A stretch of DNA of 64,000 bases, from assembly GCA_965200965.1 (NCBI GenBank), contig OZ241744.1:736001-800000 (forward strand), written 5' to 3'. Below the pieces are notes generated by a model. The model did not search any database. It had not been told where the DNA came from and saw nothing but the letters and a program-made list of their open reading frames with translations. The first letter of the stretch is position 1. The number at the start of each line of letters is the position of its first letter. Positions 62,439 to 64,000 of this stretch are shown here, in pieces. Position numbers and translations under genes: made by a program. This DNA is from an uncultured Candidatus Binatia bacterium (GTDB lineage Bacteria; Desulfobacterota; Binatia; Bin18).

Positions 62439-64000
62439 GTGAGGATCAAACAGCTTGAACTCCTTGGATTCAAATCCTTCAAAGAGAAGACCACGCTTAC
62501 ATTCCCGGCTGGAGTGACAGCCATTATCGGCCCCAACGGGTGTGGAAAATCCAATGTGGTTGACGCTCTCCGCTGGGTTTTGGGTGAGCAGAGTTCGCGC
62601 CAGTTGCGTGGCTCTGAGATGGGTGATGTGGTCTTTGCCGGCACGCAGGGCAACCCCCCGCTAGGCATGGCCGAGGTCAAGCTCCTGCTCGAAAATACCG
62701 ATATTCCAAGCGTCCCGCCGCTCCAAGCGGTTGGAAACCGAGGCTTCACGACCCGAGCAGCCAACGGCTGGACCGAGATGATGGTCTCCCGCCGCTATTT
62801 CCGGTCGGGCGATTCTGAGTATTTCCTCAACAATATCCCGTGCCGGTTGCGGGATATTGTTGAGTTTTTTCTTGGCACTGGGGCGGGCAGCAAGGCGTAT
62901 GCAATTATTGAGCAGGGCCGGGTTGAGCATCTGATTAGCGCCAAAGCGGATGAAATTCGGGTGCTGCTCGAAGAAGCCGCGGGCGTCAGTTTATACCGCA
63001 ACCGCCGCTTGGCCGCGGAGCGAAAGCTTGAGCGCACCCGGGATAACCTGACCCGGGTAGCCGACCTGCTGTCCGAAATGGAACGTCAATCAGGCGCGCT
63101 GCGGCGTCAGGCCAAAAAGGCCGCCCAGTACCAGGCGCTGCAAGAAGAGCTGAAAACCATAGACCTGACGCTGCTGTGTAAAGCCTATCAAGCCCTGCTG
63201 GATGAATTGGGCGGTCTTGATGCGCGCCGGGCCGAGGTCATTGCTGAGGAAACCGCTCTCGAACACCAGATGCAGCAACTCCAGGCCGGGCGCGCTCAAG
63301 CCCAGGCAGCCTTGGAAAGCCAGGAAGCCGCCCTGTGCGCCAGCCAGGAGCGGGGGCACGCTATACGCAGCACCCTCCAACAGGGCGAACAGCGCAAACA
63401 GTTTCTCCTGCAACGGGAGCAGCAGGCCGCCGACCGGGCCGCCGCGGCTCAAACCGAGTTGGCGGCTGTGGAGGAACGCCGGGGCGTGGTCCATCACGAG
63501 ATTGAAAGCCTGGCCGAGCAGCTCCGCCAGAGCCGGAACCGGCTGGTTGAGGAAGAAGCGGTCCTCCAGCGCCACGAACAGGACAGCGCCCGCTTACAGC
63601 ACACCCTTCTGGACTCTGAGGTGGAGACCGAGGAGTTGAAGATCGAACTCGTCGATCTGCTGACCCAGCACGCCCAGGTGCAGAACGGGCTGGCCTACGC
63701 CCGCCGCCGGGGGGGGGGGTTGGCAGAGCGCCTTCAAGTCTTAGCGGCTGAGGCTCAGCAGGTCTCGGCCAGCTTGGCGAAGACTGAGCAGGGTCTGGCC
63801 ACAACCCACAGTCGGGGGGCCGAGTTGCACGAACGCTTGCAGTTCGGCCAGCGCGAGCGGCGTGAGAAAACGGACGGCCTGCGAGCCGTGGTGAGCGTTG
63901 GGGAAGAGCTGGAACAAGAGCTGGCCGGAGCCTGGGCCAAACAGGCCGCGTTGCGCACCCGGCTGTCTACGCTCGAAGAGATGGAGCAGGGCTACGAGCG
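62439..64000 (+). CDS. smc: Chromosome segregation protein SMC, N-terminal part (runs off the window; absent from the ORF track)
   Basis: GTG start; GFKSF, GPNGCGKSNVVDALRWVLGEQS...LRG..M.DV.FAG, YAIIEQG, EEAAG, coiled coil; frame checked at the start and over the last 340 bp. Confidence 0.93.
   Translation, partial: MRIKQLELLGFKSFKEKTTLTFPAGVTAIIGPNGCGKSNVVDALRWVLGEQSSRQLRGSEMGDVVFAGTQGNPPLGMAEVKLLLENTDIPSVPPLQAVGNRGFTTRAANGWTEMMVSRRYFRSGDSEYFLNNIPCRLRDIVEFFLGTGAGSKAYAIIEQGRVEHLISAKADEIRVLLEEAAGVSLYRNRRLAAERKLERTRDNLTRVADLLSEMERQSGALRRQAKKAAQYQALQEELKTIDLTLLCKAYQALLDELGGLDARRAEVIAEETALEHQMQQLQAGRAQAQAALESQEAALCASQERGHAIRSTLQQGEQRKQFLLQREQQAADRAAAAQTELAAVEERRGVVHHEIESLAEQLRQSRNRLVEEEAVLQRHEQDSARLQHTLLDSEVETEELKIELVDLLTQHAQVQNGLAYARRRGGGLAERLQVLAAEAQQVSASLAKTEQGLATTHSRGAELHERLQFGQRERREKTDGLRAVVSVGEELEQELAGAWAKQAALRTRLSTLEEMEQGYE

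Overview
GC-rich bacterial chromosomal window. Gene content and protein styles suggest a deltaproteobacterium-like or Binatota-like organism; this is an inference only. The backbone carries housekeeping and catabolic genes: Xaa-Pro aminopeptidase, cysE, many SDRs, CoA-transferases, coaBC, polyprenyl synthase-UDG-nfeD-stomatin-queA-tgt-yajC-secDF, efp and a partial smc. Four accessory modules interrupt it. (1) 8.1-16.4 kb: a two-gene putative defence island with a 1140-aa unknown protein and a 1623-aa DEAH/DUF1998 helicase, resembling Druantia type III. (2) 21.3-29.4 kb: a type III restriction-modification operon with an ABC-ATPase plus TOPRIM-like pair translationally coupled between mod and res. 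(3) 42.3-53.1 kb: a metal (probably zinc) limitation cluster. It holds a Fur-family regulator, two shared palindromic operators, a CxxC/RAPP arrest-type leader ORF, a His/acid-repeat outer-membrane receptor, an ABC transporter, MerC, ZIP, Cys-poor ribosomal proteins L28 and L33, an orphan L24, and a class III ADH with a degenerate structural Zn site. (4) 53.2-60.8 kb: a decaprenylphosphoryl-arabinose-type pathway (ubiA-like, dprE1, dprE2) with two different GT-C glycosyltransferases that share a 290-bp near-identical 3' repeat. No rRNA, tRNA, CRISPR array, integrase or transposase was recognised. Start codons were adjusted by eye from the ORF track, and all family calls come from motif recognition, not database searches.
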